Shown: positions 34,246 through 44,478, counted from the first letter of the stretch. The stretch: DNA of 54,334 nt from Eubacteriales bacterium (GCA_051868045.1 JBJDZN010000078.1:1-54334), one strand, 5' to 3'. Notes: generated by a model from the letters alone, not told the origin. Made by a program: numbers and translations.

Positions 34246-34274
34246 ATTATACCATATTCTTTTCAAAATTGCAA
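34246..34274 (-). promoter_or_regulatory. Sigma-A promoter for rpmB
   Basis: On the minus strand: TTGCAA (34274-34269), 17-nt spacer ending TGG, TATAAT (34251-34246). Confidence 0.7.
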
Positions 34275-34302
34275 TAGGAAATTTCAAAAAAATTGATTTT
34301 TT

Positions 34303-35094
34303 TCAGGATTTTTTTGCGTCATCCGGGTCGTTCTCTTTGGAAGAGGCTTCCTTGCTTCCTTTTTTCTTGAAGCTGAACGTGCTTTCGGTTTTATTCAGAA
34401 TCCTTTTTATGTTGGCATGGTGACCCGCTATGACAATTACGGTCATCAATGTGGAACAGATGATCATGAGTGCCGTCGGTCCGTGTTCGAACAGCAGATT
34501 GCTGATCCGGTCCAGCACGATAGGGAAGAAGAAGGCAGCGGTGATGGAACCCATGGAAATGTACTTGGTACACAGAACGACCAGAACAAAGATGGCAAGA
34601 AGGATCAGACCGACCAAAGGATCCAGGGTCAGGATGATGGCAATTGCCGTGGCGACGCCCTTGCCTCCCCGGAATTTGAAGAAGGCGGGGAAGCAGTGAC
34701 CCAGAATGCAGAACAGACCTGCCAGATAAGCGGCACTCTGTGAGATCAGCAGTTTTGGCAGCAGACAGGCGATGACGCCCTTGAGCAGATCGCCCAACAG
34801 AGTCAGCAGTGCCGCCCTGTTGCCGAAGATGCGCTTCATGTTGGTGGTTCCCGCATTGTGACTGCCGTAATTTCGGATGTCATCGTGGTAGAACACCTTT
34901 GAGATCACCAGTGCAAAATTGATGCTGCCCAGCAGGTAGGCAATGACGGCGAAGACAAAAATCAGCCCCACCAGCAGGAAAAAGGGATACCTGGAGGTGA
35001 TCTGCCCGTCTGCATAGTCCAGATCGAACAGGCTGGTCAGATAGCCAATGATACGGTCATTGTTGAAGAAAAGCAGATAGAAAAATTCTCTCAT
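34303..35094 (-). CDS. plsY: Glycerol-3-phosphate acyltransferase PlsY
   Basis: GSINFALVISK...GSHNAGTTNMKRIFG...GGKGVAT motifs. It starts 1 nt after the der stop. There is an extra ~35-aa N-terminal segment and a charged C-terminal tail. Confidence 0.9.
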   Translation of the reverse strand: MREFFYLLFFNNDRIIGYLTSLFDLDYADGQITSRYPFFLLVGLIFVFAVIAYLLGSINFALVISKVFYHDDIRNYGSHNAGTTNMKRIFGNRAALLTLLGDLLKGVIACLLPKLLISQSAAYLAGLFCILGHCFPAFFKFRGGKGVATAIAIILTLDPLVGLILLAIFVLVVLCTKYISMGSITAAFFFPIVLDRISNLLFEHGPTALMIICSTLMTVIVIAGHHANIKRILNKTESTFSFKKKGSKEASSKENDPDDAKKS

Positions 35095-35095
35095 A

Positions 35096-36439
35096 TCAGA
35101 CCTTATCTCCTTCCTCGCCCTTCATACGGATGATGAGCTTGATGGGCGTTCCATTGAAGCCGAATACCTCACGAAGCTGATTCTCAATAAATCGCTGGTA
35201 AGAAAAGTGGAAGAGCCGGACGTCGTTGCAGAAGATGACGAAGGTGGGCGGTTGAACGCCGATCTGGGTCATATAGTAGATTTTCAGTCTGCGCCCCTTG
35301 TCTGAAGGCGGCTGAACTCTTGCCTGAGCGTCAGCCAGCATATCGTTGAGCATTCCGGTGGTGATACGGGTGCATGCCTGATTGTGAACATACACGATAT
35401 GCTCGAAAAGCTTGCCGACCCGTTGCCCTGTCTTTGCCGAAACAAAGAGAATCGGCGCATAGGGCATATAGGCAAGGGCGTTCCGAATCTTTTCGGTGAA
35501 TTTGTTCGTGGTGGAGTTATCCTTCTCGACCAGATCCCACTTGTTGACCACGATGATGGATGCTTTGCCTGCCTCGTGGGCAATGCCGGCAATCTTTTCG
35601 TCCTGCTCGGTGATGCCTTGATTGGCGTCAATCAGAATCAGGCAGACATCGGCACGGTCAACCGCCATTTTGGCTCGCAGAACCGAATATTTTTCGATCC
35701 GATCCTCGATTTTCGCCTGTCTGCGGATGCCCGCTGTGTCGATGAAAGTGAACTTGCCGAATTCGTTCTCCACATGGGTGTCGATGGCATCCCGGGTAGT
35801 GCCCGCAATGTCGGAGACGATCAGCCGCTCCTCGCCCAGAATGTTGTTGATGATGGAGGATTTTCCCGCATTGGGCTTTCCGATGACGGCAACCTTGATG
35901 GTGTCGTTGTCCTCCTCAACCTCATCCGACTCCGGAAAGTAGCGGTAGACCGCTTCCAGAAGGTCACCGGTTCCGCTTCCGTGTACGGAAGAGATTGCGA
36001 TGGGATCGTCGGGGAAGCCCAGCTCGTAGAACTCATAGAATTCTGCGGGAGGCGCACCGACCGAATCGCATTTGTTGACGCCCACAATGACCGGCTTTCC
36101 CGACCGCAGGAGCATTCTTCCGATGTCCCGGTCGTCGGCAGTCAGTCCGGCTCGGACGTCGGTCAGGAAAATGATGACATCGGCACTTTCGATGGCGATC
36201 TGTGCCTGAAGGCGCATATGCTTGAGGATGACATCGTCACTGACCGGCTCAATTCCGCCGGTGTCAATGAGCATACAGGTGCGACCTGCCCATTCGATCT
36301 CGTAGTAGATGCGATCACGGGTGACACCGGGGGTGTCCTCCACGATGGAAATTCGCTCGCCTGCCAGCTTGTTAAATAGGGTGGATTTGCCCACATTGGG
36401 TCTGCCTACTATGGCAACGATGGGTTTTGCCATTCTCAT
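35096..36439 (-). CDS. der: Ribosome-associated GTPase Der/EngA
   Basis: Two tandem G domains (GRPNVGKSTLFN...DTGG...NKCD and GKPNAGKSSIIN...DTAG...NKWD) plus a KH-like C-terminus. The start could also be the ATG at 36433. Confidence 0.95.
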   Translation of the reverse strand: MRMAKPIVAIVGRPNVGKSTLFNKLAGERISIVEDTPGVTRDRIYYEIEWAGRTCMLIDTGGIEPVSDDVILKHMRLQAQIAIESADVIIFLTDVRAGLTADDRDIGRMLLRSGKPVIVGVNKCDSVGAPPAEFYEFYELGFPDDPIAISSVHGSGTGDLLEAVYRYFPESDEVEEDNDTIKVAVIGKPNAGKSSIINNILGEERLIVSDIAGTTRDAIDTHVENEFGKFTFIDTAGIRRQAKIEDRIEKYSVLRAKMAVDRADVCLILIDANQGITEQDEKIAGIAHEAGKASIIVVNKWDLVEKDNSTTNKFTEKIRNALAYMPYAPILFVSAKTGQRVGKLFEHIVYVHNQACTRITTGMLNDMLADAQARVQPPSDKGRRLKIYYMTQIGVQPPTFVIFCNDVRLFHFSYQRFIENQLREVFGFNGTPIKLIIRMKGEEGDKV

Positions 36440-36483
36440 GACCCTGCCTTTCTCGTTTTTTTCAAATGATACTCAAAATCCCC

Positions 36484-37788
36484 TTATCCGAGGATTTTTC
36501 CGATAAAATCCTGTCCTGTGGCATCAATGGGAACAATTCTGACCCCAAGTTCCCGCTCAACTTCGGCGATCGAAACGTTGTCCAGGAACAGATCTCCTTC
36601 GTCACGGAGCATGGCGGAGGACAGATAAAGGGTGTCCCCCAAATCCTTCCCCTTGAGCTGGGCGATCAGATCGCAGCCGCAGATCAGTCCCGCCACCGTG
36701 ATGGTTCTGCCGAAAAAGTCGTTCTCAATCAGATAAACCTCGCCCTGCAGATTCGGGCATTTTTTCAGCAGCCGATGAGTGATGCGGCAGATAAAATCGT
36801 ATGCCGCCCGTCCTGTGGCGATGGAAAAGTGAGCGGATTTTTCGGTGTCGTAATCCTCTTCCAGATAGGGAAGCTCTTCGTCAAACTCTGTCTCCATGGA
36901 ACGGATCATGCCGACGCCGTTCTCCAGTTGAGGATAGCCGTCGTAGTACTCCTCACCCGGAAGCTCTCTTTCGGCGGTCAGGAAGAATTCGTCCGATGGG
37001 TAGAACAGCCGGACCCCGAACTCCTTCAGACAGGATGTCCCGAATCGGTCGATCTGATCAATGACGGCGGACGCCTCGTCTTTTGAAAAGGGAGACAGGG
37101 GATAAAGCCCGTCCCGATGCCTGGTCATACCCGCAGGGACGATTGCCACACTACCGATATTGGGGTAAAATGCCTTCAGATCGGCAAGGGTGCGGTCCAG
37201 CTCGTCGCCGTCGTTGACCCCTCTGCAAAGGACGATCTGGGCGTTAATGATGATTTTGTTTTCGGCAAGACGGCGAAGATGCCTCAGGGAATCGCCGGCA
37301 AAGCGATTGTTCAGCATTTTGCACCGAAGCGCAGGATTTGTCGTGTGAACCGAAATGTTGATGGGGGACATTTTCATCCGGATGATCCGGTCGATGTCCT
37401 CATCGGTCATGTTGGTCAGGGTGACGTAGTTGCCCATCAGGAAGGACAGACGGGAGTCGTCGTCCTTGAAGTAGATGGTGTCCCGCATTCCCTTGGGATT
37501 CTGGTCGATGAAGCAGAAGATGCACTTGTTGCGGCAGGTCTGCTTCTTGTCCATGAGGTAGGTTTCAAATTCCAGCCCGATGTCGTCATACTCCCCTTTT
37601 TGAATGGAGAGGGTAAAAAGCTCGGGACCCCGGTGAATCAGAAGATCCAGCTTCTTCTCGGTGAGATAGAAGCGGTAGTCCAGAACGTCACGGATGTCGT
37701 GCCCGTTTACCGAGATCAGAATGTCTCCGGGGAGAACGCCTGCACGCTCTGCCGGTGAGCCTTTGTCAACCGATTGTACCGTAACCAT
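36484..37788 (-). CDS. PDZ plus DUF512 domain protein (radical-SAM-like Cys cluster), conserved neighbour of der
   Basis: N-terminal PDZ (GSPAERAGVLPGDILISVNG), the CRNKCIFCF cysteine motif and a long DUF512-type C-terminus. Confidence 0.85.
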   Translation of the reverse strand: MVTVQSVDKGSPAERAGVLPGDILISVNGHDIRDVLDYRFYLTEKKLDLLIHRGPELFTLSIQKGEYDDIGLEFETYLMDKKQTCRNKCIFCFIDQNPKGMRDTIYFKDDDSRLSFLMGNYVTLTNMTDEDIDRIIRMKMSPINISVHTTNPALRCKMLNNRFAGDSLRHLRRLAENKIIINAQIVLCRGVNDGDELDRTLADLKAFYPNIGSVAIVPAGMTRHRDGLYPLSPFSKDEASAVIDQIDRFGTSCLKEFGVRLFYPSDEFFLTAERELPGEEYYDGYPQLENGVGMIRSMETEFDEELPYLEEDYDTEKSAHFSIATGRAAYDFICRITHRLLKKCPNLQGEVYLIENDFFGRTITVAGLICGCDLIAQLKGKDLGDTLYLSSAMLRDEGDLFLDNVSIAEVERELGVRIVPIDATGQDFIGKILG

Positions 37789-37875
37789 CGCTCAGACAGT
37801 CCTTCCTTGTGTTTGGTTAAGATGAAAGCAGGGCGTGTTCATCTTGCAACACGCCCCAAACGCTTCATTAAACTG

Positions 37876-38058
37876 TTATGCTTCAACCTTCAGAATTTCC
37901 TTGCCATTATAGGTTCCGCAGTTCTTGCAAACTCTGTGAGTCAATACATATTCGCCGCACTTAGGGCATTTCTGCATTTCAGGTGCGTCGAGCTTCCAAT
38001 TGCTGGAGCGTCTCTTGTCTCTTCTTGCCTTGGAGACCTTTCTCTTTGGTACTGCCAT
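37876..38058 (-). CDS. rpmF: 50S ribosomal protein L32
   Basis: [18 protein letters not shown]... with zinc-ribbon Cys pairs (CPKCG...CKNCG). RBS AGGAGGTG. Confidence 0.95.
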   Translation of the reverse strand: MAVPKRKVSKARRDKRRSSNWKLDAPEMQKCPKCGEYVLTHRVCKNCGTYNGKEILKVEA

Positions 38059-38117
38059 GAATCAACACCTCCTAATATTCCTGTACATACCTAAACCTTA
38101 TTATACACTCTTTTTTT

Positions 38118-38624
38118 TCATTTGTCAAGTAGTTTTCCCAAAATTGCCAGCCTTGGATCCAATTCTTTTTCATTCTTGGGACAACCGCAGTCGCCTTCGT
38201 TGAGATCCTTTCCGCATTTTGGGCAAAGCCCCTTGCAGTCATCCTTGCAATAGAAGACCATGGGAAACTCCAGAAGCAGAGCCTCCAGCAGAACGGGATC
38301 GGGGTCCAGATAACCCTTCTCAATCAGAAGGTAGTCTTCTGCATCTTCCTCGTCGGAAAGCGTGTTGCGAATGGCTGCCGGCTTTTCGAAATCCAGGGAG
38401 AAGAGACCGGATATTTCTTTAAAGCAACGGGCGCAGTGGGTCGAATAGGGAAGGGTTGCCGTGAGCTTAATTGCCATGTAACCCGACTGATTGGTAAAGG
38501 TTCCGACAACGTGGACCTTGTCGGTGAATACCACATCGGACAGATTCTCCGGCGCATCGGTTTGATAGTCAAAGGCAATTTCCCTGACCTCGCCCCGCAG
38601 TGCGGTGCTGACATCCAGCTCCAT
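38118..38624 (-). CDS. YceD/DUF177 family protein (large-subunit rRNA accumulation protein), upstream of rpmF
   Basis: 168 aa with C-terminal CKGLCPKCGKDLNEGDCGC and the conserved yceD-rpmF gene order. RBS GAGGAGGGGAG. Confidence 0.9.
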   Translation of the reverse strand: MELDVSTALRGEVREIAFDYQTDAPENLSDVVFTDKVHVVGTFTNQSGYMAIKLTATLPYSTHCARCFKEISGLFSLDFEKPAAIRNTLSDEEDAEDYLLIEKGYLDPDPVLLEALLLEFPMVFYCKDDCKGLCPKCGKDLNEGDCGCPKNEKELDPRLAILGKLLDK

Positions 38625-38662
38625 TCTCTCCCCTCCTCTGTCAAAAAAGTGTCACGATATGT

Positions 38663-38691
38663 ATTATAACCAATTTTGATCGGCTTGTCAA
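38663..38691 (-). promoter_or_regulatory. Sigma-A promoter for yceD-rpmF
   Basis: On the minus strand: TTGACA (38691-38686), 17-nt spacer ending TGG, TATAAT (38668-38663). Confidence 0.75.
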
Positions 38692-38702
38692 GACCTTTAT
38701 TC

Positions 38703-38735
38703 AAAAAAATCGGCGATTTTTCGCCGATTTTTTTG
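38703..38735. terminator. Bidirectional intrinsic terminator after sigF
   Basis: AAAAAAA-ATCGGCGA-TTTT-TCGCCGAT-TTTTTT. Confidence 0.85.
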
Positions 38736-38759
38736 TGATATTTAGATAAAAATGTCAAT

Positions 38760-39470
38760 TCAGAGAGCCTTTCTCAGAATCTCCAGGATTTTTTTCTCTT
38801 CTCTGGAAACTTTGACTTGACTCAGTCCAAGCAGTTTGCCCGTCTGCTGTTGGGAAAGATCACAGAAATAGCGCATCCGGATGATTTCCTGCTGTCTTGG
38901 GGTCAGTCGGCTGATCGCCTCATGGAGGGCAATCCGATCGGTGAGAGAGTCGATGACGTTGTCCCGATCGGCAATCAGACTTTCCAGCGTACTGCCGTCC
39001 TCGCCGCCAACCTGCTCGCAAAGGGAATGAATGGGACTGATGGCTTCCAGTGTCCCCGCAATTTCTTCGGGGGAAAGAGAACATTGCGCAGACAGCTCAG
39101 ACAGGGTAGGCTCTCTGCCGTGCTCGGAAAGAAAGCGTTCCTTTGCCCGCATGATCGCCGCCCCCTGGGATTTGATCGAACGGCTGACCTTGATGATGCC
39201 GTCGTCCCTGAGATAGCGGCGGATTTCACCCACAATCAGGGGAACGGCGTAGGTCGAGAACATGGTGTTGTAGGAAAAATCGAAGGACCGTGCTGCCCGC
39301 ATCAGTCCCACCGACCCGATCTGAACCAGATCCTCGTATTCGGTTCCCCGATCCAGAAAGCGTTTCGCTACCGACCGAACCAGTCCCATGTTCTGTTCCA
39401 CCAGGGTATCGAGTGCCGATTCGTCCCCGTCCTTCAACCGTTTCAATAGGGTGGTGTTATCCTGTTCCAA
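38760..39470 (-). CDS. sigF: Sporulation sigma factor SigF (forespore-specific), TTG start
   Basis: Region 2 YEDLVQIGSVGLMRAARSFD...FSTYAVPLIVGEIRRYLRD. Region 4 HTH LSQQQTGKLLGLSQVKVSREEKKIL. It is the third gene after spoIIAA-spoIIAB. GAAGGAAGGA lies 7 nt upstream of the TTG at 39470. Confidence 0.9.
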   Translation of the reverse strand: MEQDNTTLLKRLKDGDESALDTLVEQNMGLVRSVAKRFLDRGTEYEDLVQIGSVGLMRAARSFDFSYNTMFSTYAVPLIVGEIRRYLRDDGIIKVSRSIKSQGAAIMRAKERFLSEHGREPTLSELSAQCSLSPEEIAGTLEAISPIHSLCEQVGGEDGSTLESLIADRDNVIDSLTDRIALHEAISRLTPRQQEIIRMRYFCDLSQQQTGKLLGLSQVKVSREEKKILEILRKAL

Positions 39471-39502
39471 CAGAGGATCCTTCCTTCATCTGGGATTTCT
39501 TG

Positions 39503-39961
39503 TTATGTATCATCTTCCTCCCCGGGAGGGCTGAATCGCTTGACAAGGGTCAGGGTTGTCCCTTTTCCCGGATGGGAAATGACCGACAGCCTGTCCGACA
39601 GGGATTTCATAATTGGGAATCCCATGCCGCCCCGTTCGCCATCGGGATCGGTGGTGTAAAGGGGCTGCATACACTTTTCGATGTCCTCAATGCCGCATCC
39701 CCGATCCCGGATCTTCAGCTTCAGCGTACGGTCGTCGTAATATTTCACCGACAGCTCCACCATGCCGCAGGGAAGACCCTTGTAGGCATGAACGATGCAG
39801 TTTGTGACGCCTTCAGAGATCAGAACCCTCAGGTCGGACAGCTCCTCAAGGGTAGGGTCAAGCTGGGCGGCGAAGGCACAGACGGCTTGTCTGGCAAAGC
39901 ATTCGTTCCGGGAGATTGCCTTGAAATTCAGTACCATTTCATTGACGGTTTTCTTTTTCAT
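39503..39961 (-). CDS. spoIIAB: Anti-sigma F factor / serine protein kinase SpoIIAB
   Basis: GHKL ATPase motifs: N box ISEGVTNCIVHAY, G1 DRGCGIEDI, G2 GGMGFPIMKSL. The ATG at 39961 (MKKKTVNEMVLNF) follows AAAGGAA. Confidence 0.9.
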   Translation of the reverse strand: MKKKTVNEMVLNFKAISRNECFARQAVCAFAAQLDPTLEELSDLRVLISEGVTNCIVHAYKGLPCGMVELSVKYYDDRTLKLKIRDRGCGIEDIEKCMQPLYTTDPDGERGGMGFPIMKSLSDRLSVISHPGKGTTLTLVKRFSPPGEEDDT

Positions 39962-40013
39962 GTTCGGATATTCCTTTCTTGCAGATCCGACCTGCGGATC
40001 CATTTCTTTGACA

Positions 40014-40397
40014 TCATCTGTTCGGGTTGCTTTTTTGGGGGGACGGCAGGGAGACCTCGTCCTTCTGTTCGCTGTATTCGATGGCGATCAGCTGACCCAC
40101 ACCGGCAAGCTCCAATATCTTGACGGTCTGCGGGGTGGGGTCCAGCAGTTTCAGCCGCCCTCCGATCTCCCGGATCCGGGTGAATCGCCCCAGAATCAGT
40201 CCCAGCCCAGAGGAATCCATAAAGGACACCTTGGAAAGGTCCATGACCACCTCCAGGGGGCGGCAGTAAAAAATAGCGGTGTCGATCTGTTCCCGGATGT
40301 ATTTGGCACTGTGATGGTCAATATCTCCGTCGATGGTCACACGCATATTTCTGCCTTCACTTTCGCATTTTACACCTGCAATATCCAACTTCTTCAT
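40014..40397 (-). CDS. spoIIAA: Anti-sigma F factor antagonist SpoIIAA (STAS domain)
   Basis: GDIDHHSAKYIREQI... and the phosphorylatable Ser motif FMDSSGLGLILGR. The exact start is uncertain because the ATG at 40397 abuts GAAAGGA. Confidence 0.85.
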   Translation of the reverse strand: MKKLDIAGVKCESEGRNMRVTIDGDIDHHSAKYIREQIDTAIFYCRPLEVVMDLSKVSFMDSSGLGLILGRFTRIREIGGRLKLLDPTPQTVKILELAGVGQLIAIEYSEQKDEVSLPSPQKSNPNR

Positions 40398-40599
40398 TCC
40401 TTTCTGACATCGTTCCTGCTTTTCTGATTTCGGACAAAAAATATCCTGTAAACATGGGTTCAAACTCGTTGTGAGTTCAAACTCATATTTACAGGATAGC
40501 ATAGTGAAAGTGAAAATTGTGTCAAAAGCAGGGATCAAATGAAAAAGTTCTTGTTTTTTGTATCATAAAATATTCCGGCTTTTTCAGCCGAAAAGCTGC

Positions 40600-41484
40600 T
40601 CAGTTTTCCTGATAATACCGTAAGGTTTTTTCGATCCAATAGGAGTAGACCGTCCGGGGACTGAGCCGCTCCAGATTTTTCATCTGTTGATATAGCTCCA
40701 CTCCGTCCGACGGGTCGTGCCACAGATCGGTAAAGACGAAATCAAAGTTGCCGTCCGGCAGATTCTTCTTTGCAAAATCGAAGGCATCCGAGCAGACGAT
40801 GCGAATCTTTTCGGGATGGGAAAATTGAGGCAGAATCAGGCACTTTACCATCTCAATAAGGGTAGAATCCCGCTCCACAATGCAGACGCTCCCGACATTC
40901 TCCTTTTCCGATACCCGATAGGCATAGTAGCCCATGCCAAGCCCCAGACAGAGCACGTTTCCGAAGGCATCGGAAATGGGTCCCTTCATGGTTTCGATCT
41001 CGTTTGGGGTGATCAGCATCCACTCCCTGCCGTCTTCCAGCAGGGCGGGAAATCGGAACTCCTCTTCAAAGAATCCGATTTTCGGGATCAATCTTCCGTT
41101 TGGGAGAAGGTCGGACTCCCCGCAGACAAAGGCTTCATAGGGCTTGTATCGCTTGGTCTCCAGACGCCATCTGCCAAAGGCTTTCGGGAAAACGGGAACT
41201 CCCCTGTAGTAGGGATCGCAGGTGTAGTCCCGGACCGAAAGCCTATGGACCATGGGCAGAAAGGATTCCTCGAACAGTCGGCGATCCTCCTGCCGTTCGT
41301 CGGTTTTCAGCCCGCAGGCGGCGGCAAGAACATAGGCGTATGCCTCCACGACGGAAAGTCCGCATTCGTCTGTAAGCTCCCGGATCACCGATCCCTCGAT
41401 GAAATCGGGGGCAATGTTCAGGTATCGGCTCATGAGGGTAAGAACCCTTTGATTGTCTTTCCGTACGGTTTCGTCAATGCGCAT
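40600..41484 (-). CDS. Hypothetical protein with a C-terminal class I SAM-methyltransferase / spermidine-synthase-like fold
   Basis: 294 aa. VLCLGLGMGYYAY (motif I-like), IVERD (acidic loop), CSDAFDF and DFVFTDLW resemble spermidine-synthase-type methyltransferases. The N-terminal ~150 aa are unassigned. Confidence 0.7.
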   Translation of the reverse strand: MRIDETVRKDNQRVLTLMSRYLNIAPDFIEGSVIRELTDECGLSVVEAYAYVLAAACGLKTDERQEDRRLFEESFLPMVHRLSVRDYTCDPYYRGVPVFPKAFGRWRLETKRYKPYEAFVCGESDLLPNGRLIPKIGFFEEEFRFPALLEDGREWMLITPNEIETMKGPISDAFGNVLCLGLGMGYYAYRVSEKENVGSVCIVERDSTLIEMVKCLILPQFSHPEKIRIVCSDAFDFAKKNLPDGNFDFVFTDLWHDPSDGVELYQQMKNLERLSPRTVYSYWIEKTLRYYQEN

Positions 41485-41512
41485 GGTCTGCCGCCTTTCG
41501 GATGAGGACTGG

Positions 41513-44131
41513 TTACGCTTTCGGGAGCTTTGCCAGTGCAGATTTTACCTTTTCCAGCGTCTCGGTGTATCTTGCCAGTTTTTCTTTCTCACCGGCAACC
41601 ACTGCCTCGGGTGCCTTGGCGATAAAGCCGGGATTGCCAAGCTTCTTGTTCAGACGGTCGATTTCCGCCTGATTTTTGGCAAGCTCACCCTCAAGACGCT
41701 CCTTTTCCTTTGCCAGATCCACAATGTCGGCAAGGGGAATGAAGAGGGTCGCCGTATCGGTGACGATTTGCAGGGCACTTTCGTCGCTGTGGGAGCGGAC
41801 GACGGTAACCGAAGACGCCGATGCCAGCTTCACGAAGAACTTCTCGCACTTTTCGTTGTAAATGTCGGTGCGGTCGGTGGCGATGATGATTGCCGCCTTC
41901 TTGGACGGAGGAACGTTCCGCTCCTGACGGCGGTTGCGGACCGCACGGATGGCATCAATCAGTGCCTGCATGGTCTTCTCCTCGGCGGGGAAGGACAGAT
42001 CGGCATTGGCGGTTGGCCATGCCGATACCATGATCGACTCGCCGACATGGGGCAGGGACTGCCAGATTTCCTCAGTGATGAAGGGCATATAGGGATGAAG
42101 CATCTTCAGAACGCCGCTGAGAACATAAACAAGCACCTTCTGCGCCACCTCGTCGGATGCCGTCAGACGGGGCTTGACCAGCTCGATATACCAGTCGCAG
42201 TAGACATCCCACAAAAAGTCGTACAGTTTGGACAGGGCAACGCCCAGCTCGTATTTTTCAAGATTTGCAGTGACTTCGGTGATCAGGGTCTGATATTTGG
42301 ACAGAATCCAGCGATCCTCCGGCTCCAGACGGGAGACCTCGGGAAGTTCGCCGTCTTCAACGGTCAGATTCATCAGAACGAAGCGGGCGGCATTCCACAG
42401 CTTGTTGTTGAAGTTTCGGGCTGCCTCGATCTTCTCATCCGAAAAACGCATATCGTTGCCGGGAGCGTTACCGGTGGCAAGGGCAAAACGGAGGGCGTCG
42501 GCACCGTACTTTTCGATGACTTCCAGAGGATCAATGCCGTTCCCAAGGGATTTGGACATCTTCCGTCCCTGGGCATCCCGGACCAGACCGTGAATGAAGA
42601 CGGTGGAGAAGGGTTTCTTTCCGGTGTGCTCCAGTCCGGAGAAGATCATGCGGGCAACCCAGAAGAAAATGATGTCGTATCCGGTGACCAGAACGCTTGT
42701 GGGATAGTATTTTTTCAGAAGCTCGGTGTCCTCAGGCCAGCCCATGGTTTCGAAGGGCCAGAGAGCGGAGGAGAACCAGGTGTCCAGGACGTCCTCTTCC
42801 TGACGCATGGGTGCGCCGCAGTGAGGACAAACGGTCAGATCCTCCTTGGAAACTTCCATCCTGCCGCATTTGTCGCAGTAGAAGGCGGGAATCCGATGTC
42901 CCCACCAAAGCTGACGGGAAATGCACCAGTCGTGGACGTTTTCCATCCAACGGTAGTAGTTGGTGGCAAAACGCTCGGGTTCGAATTTGATGTCGCCGTT
43001 CTTGACGGCATCCAGTGCCGGACCTGCCAGAGGTTCCATCTTGACAAACCACTGATCAGAGGTGATAGGCTCCACGGTGTTGTGACAACGGTAGCAGGTT
43101 CCAACATTGTGAACATGGGGGGTAACCTTGACGAGAGCTCCCGATGCTTCCAGATCGGCGACCATGACCTTTCTCGCCTCGTAGCGGTCCATGCCGTGGT
43201 ACTTGCAGTCCGGATAGTTGATTCTGGCATCGTCGTCCAGAACCTTGATGCAGGGCAGATTGTGACGCTGACCAACTAAGAAGTCGTTGGGATCGTGAGC
43301 GGGAGTGATCTTGACGCAGCCGGTTCCGAAATCCATCTCAACATAGTCGTCGGCGATGACGGGAATTTCTCTGCCGACCAGGGGAAGAATCAGGGTTTTG
43401 CCTACCAGATCCTTGTACCGCTCATCGGCGGGATTGACCGCAACGGCAGTATCGCCCAGCAGGGTTTCGGGACGGGTGGTGGCAACCTCGACATAGCCGC
43501 TTCCGTCCTTGAAGGGATAGCGGATGTGCCAGAAATTTCCGGGCTGTTCGGTATACTCTACCTCGGCATCTGACAGTGCCGTGCGGCAATGGGGACACCA
43601 GTTGATGATGCGGTTGCCGCGGTAGATCAGCCCCTTGTTGTACAGGTTGACAAAAACCTCACGGACTGCTTTGGAACAGCCCTCATCCATGGTGAAGCGT
43701 TCTCTTGTCCAGTCACAGGAGGAGCCCAGCTTCTTCAGCTGACGGATGATGTTTCCGCCGTACTGTTCCTTCCATGCCCAGACCCGCTTCAAAAATTCGT
43801 CACGACCGAGATCGTATCGGGTCAGACCCTCGTTCTTTCGAAGATTTTCCTCAACCTTGATCTGGGTTGCGATGCCGGCGTGATCGGTTCCGGGAACCCA
43901 CAGAACGGAATAGCCCTGCATCCGCTTGAAGCGGACCAGAATATCCTGAAGGGTCTCGTCCAGCGCATGACCCATGTGGAGCTTGCCGGTGACATTGGGA
44001 GGCGGGATAACGATGGAAAAGGGAGGTTTTCCGTCGTCCACCCGGGGGGTGAAATAGCCCTTTTCGCACCAGAAGGCGTAAAGGCGGTCCTCGATTTCAC
44101 TCGGGGAATACTGCTTGCTGAGTTCTTTCAT
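41513..44131 (-). CDS. valS: Valine--tRNA ligase
   Basis: 872 aa with HIGH motif [20 protein letters not shown] motif KMSKSLGN, an editing-domain insert and a C-terminal coiled coil. RBS GAAAGGAA. Confidence 0.97.
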   Translation of the reverse strand: MKELSKQYSPSEIEDRLYAFWCEKGYFTPRVDDGKPPFSIVIPPPNVTGKLHMGHALDETLQDILVRFKRMQGYSVLWVPGTDHAGIATQIKVEENLRKNEGLTRYDLGRDEFLKRVWAWKEQYGGNIIRQLKKLGSSCDWTRERFTMDEGCSKAVREVFVNLYNKGLIYRGNRIINWCPHCRTALSDAEVEYTEQPGNFWHIRYPFKDGSGYVEVATTRPETLLGDTAVAVNPADERYKDLVGKTLILPLVGREIPVIADDYVEMDFGTGCVKITPAHDPNDFLVGQRHNLPCIKVLDDDARINYPDCKYHGMDRYEARKVMVADLEASGALVKVTPHVHNVGTCYRCHNTVEPITSDQWFVKMEPLAGPALDAVKNGDIKFEPERFATNYYRWMENVHDWCISRQLWWGHRIPAFYCDKCGRMEVSKEDLTVCPHCGAPMRQEEDVLDTWFSSALWPFETMGWPEDTELLKKYYPTSVLVTGYDIIFFWVARMIFSGLEHTGKKPFSTVFIHGLVRDAQGRKMSKSLGNGIDPLEVIEKYGADALRFALATGNAPGNDMRFSDEKIEAARNFNNKLWNAARFVLMNLTVEDGELPEVSRLEPEDRWILSKYQTLITEVTANLEKYELGVALSKLYDFLWDVYCDWYIELVKPRLTASDEVAQKVLVYVLSGVLKMLHPYMPFITEEIWQSLPHVGESIMVSAWPTANADLSFPAEEKTMQALIDAIRAVRNRRQERNVPPSKKAAIIIATDRTDIYNEKCEKFFVKLASASSVTVVRSHSDESALQIVTDTATLFIPLADIVDLAKEKERLEGELAKNQAEIDRLNKKLGNPGFIAKAPEAVVAGEKEKLARYTETLEKVKSALAKLPKA

Positions 44132-44159
44132 TTTTGTATCGTTCCTTTCTCAAATAGAA

Positions 44160-44478
44160 TCAAAAAAAGCCCGTGCATCCGTAAACAGGACGCACGGGGC
44201 GCGGTACCACCTGATTTTTCGCAAAAATGCGAACACTCAATCCCGGAAAAATCCGGGGTGCAGGCATAACGGTCTGCCATCCGTCGAAAACTACTGAAAG
44301 ATCCCTTGAATCCCTTGACTCTCTTGGATCATATGGATCATTTGGTTCGCTTCCGCCGCTCGGGGGCTACCTTCGGCAGTTCGGCTCACATCGCTCCCAG
44401 CCCAGGCGATGCTCTCTGGAAAGCCGGATTCTGCTTACTCCTCCCCGTCTCTGCGTTTGATCGGGTCTTTTATTCCCT
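44160..44478 (-). ncRNA. T-box riboswitch leader of valS (Stem I, T-box sequence, terminator/antiterminator)
   Basis: On the minus strand: Stem I with the AGAGA bay and specifier loop (AGGAGUAA // CGAAGGUAG). T-box sequence AAUCAGGUGGUACCGCG (plus-strand gcgcggtaccacc around 44199-44212). The terminator is CCCGUGCGUCC-UGUUUAC-GGAUGCACGGG followed by UUUUUUU (44162-44200). Confidence 0.9.

Noticed and set aside
41453-43279. 608-aa ORF on the plus strand
   Set aside because: It lies antisense to valS (HIGH and KMSKS motifs on the minus strand). It is a shadow ORF.
44300-44318. Tandem 9-mer ATCCCTTGA ATCCCTTGA
   Set aside because: It lies inside the variable linker of the valS T-box leader between Stem I and the antiterminator. 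Two copies only, with no independent evidence of function.
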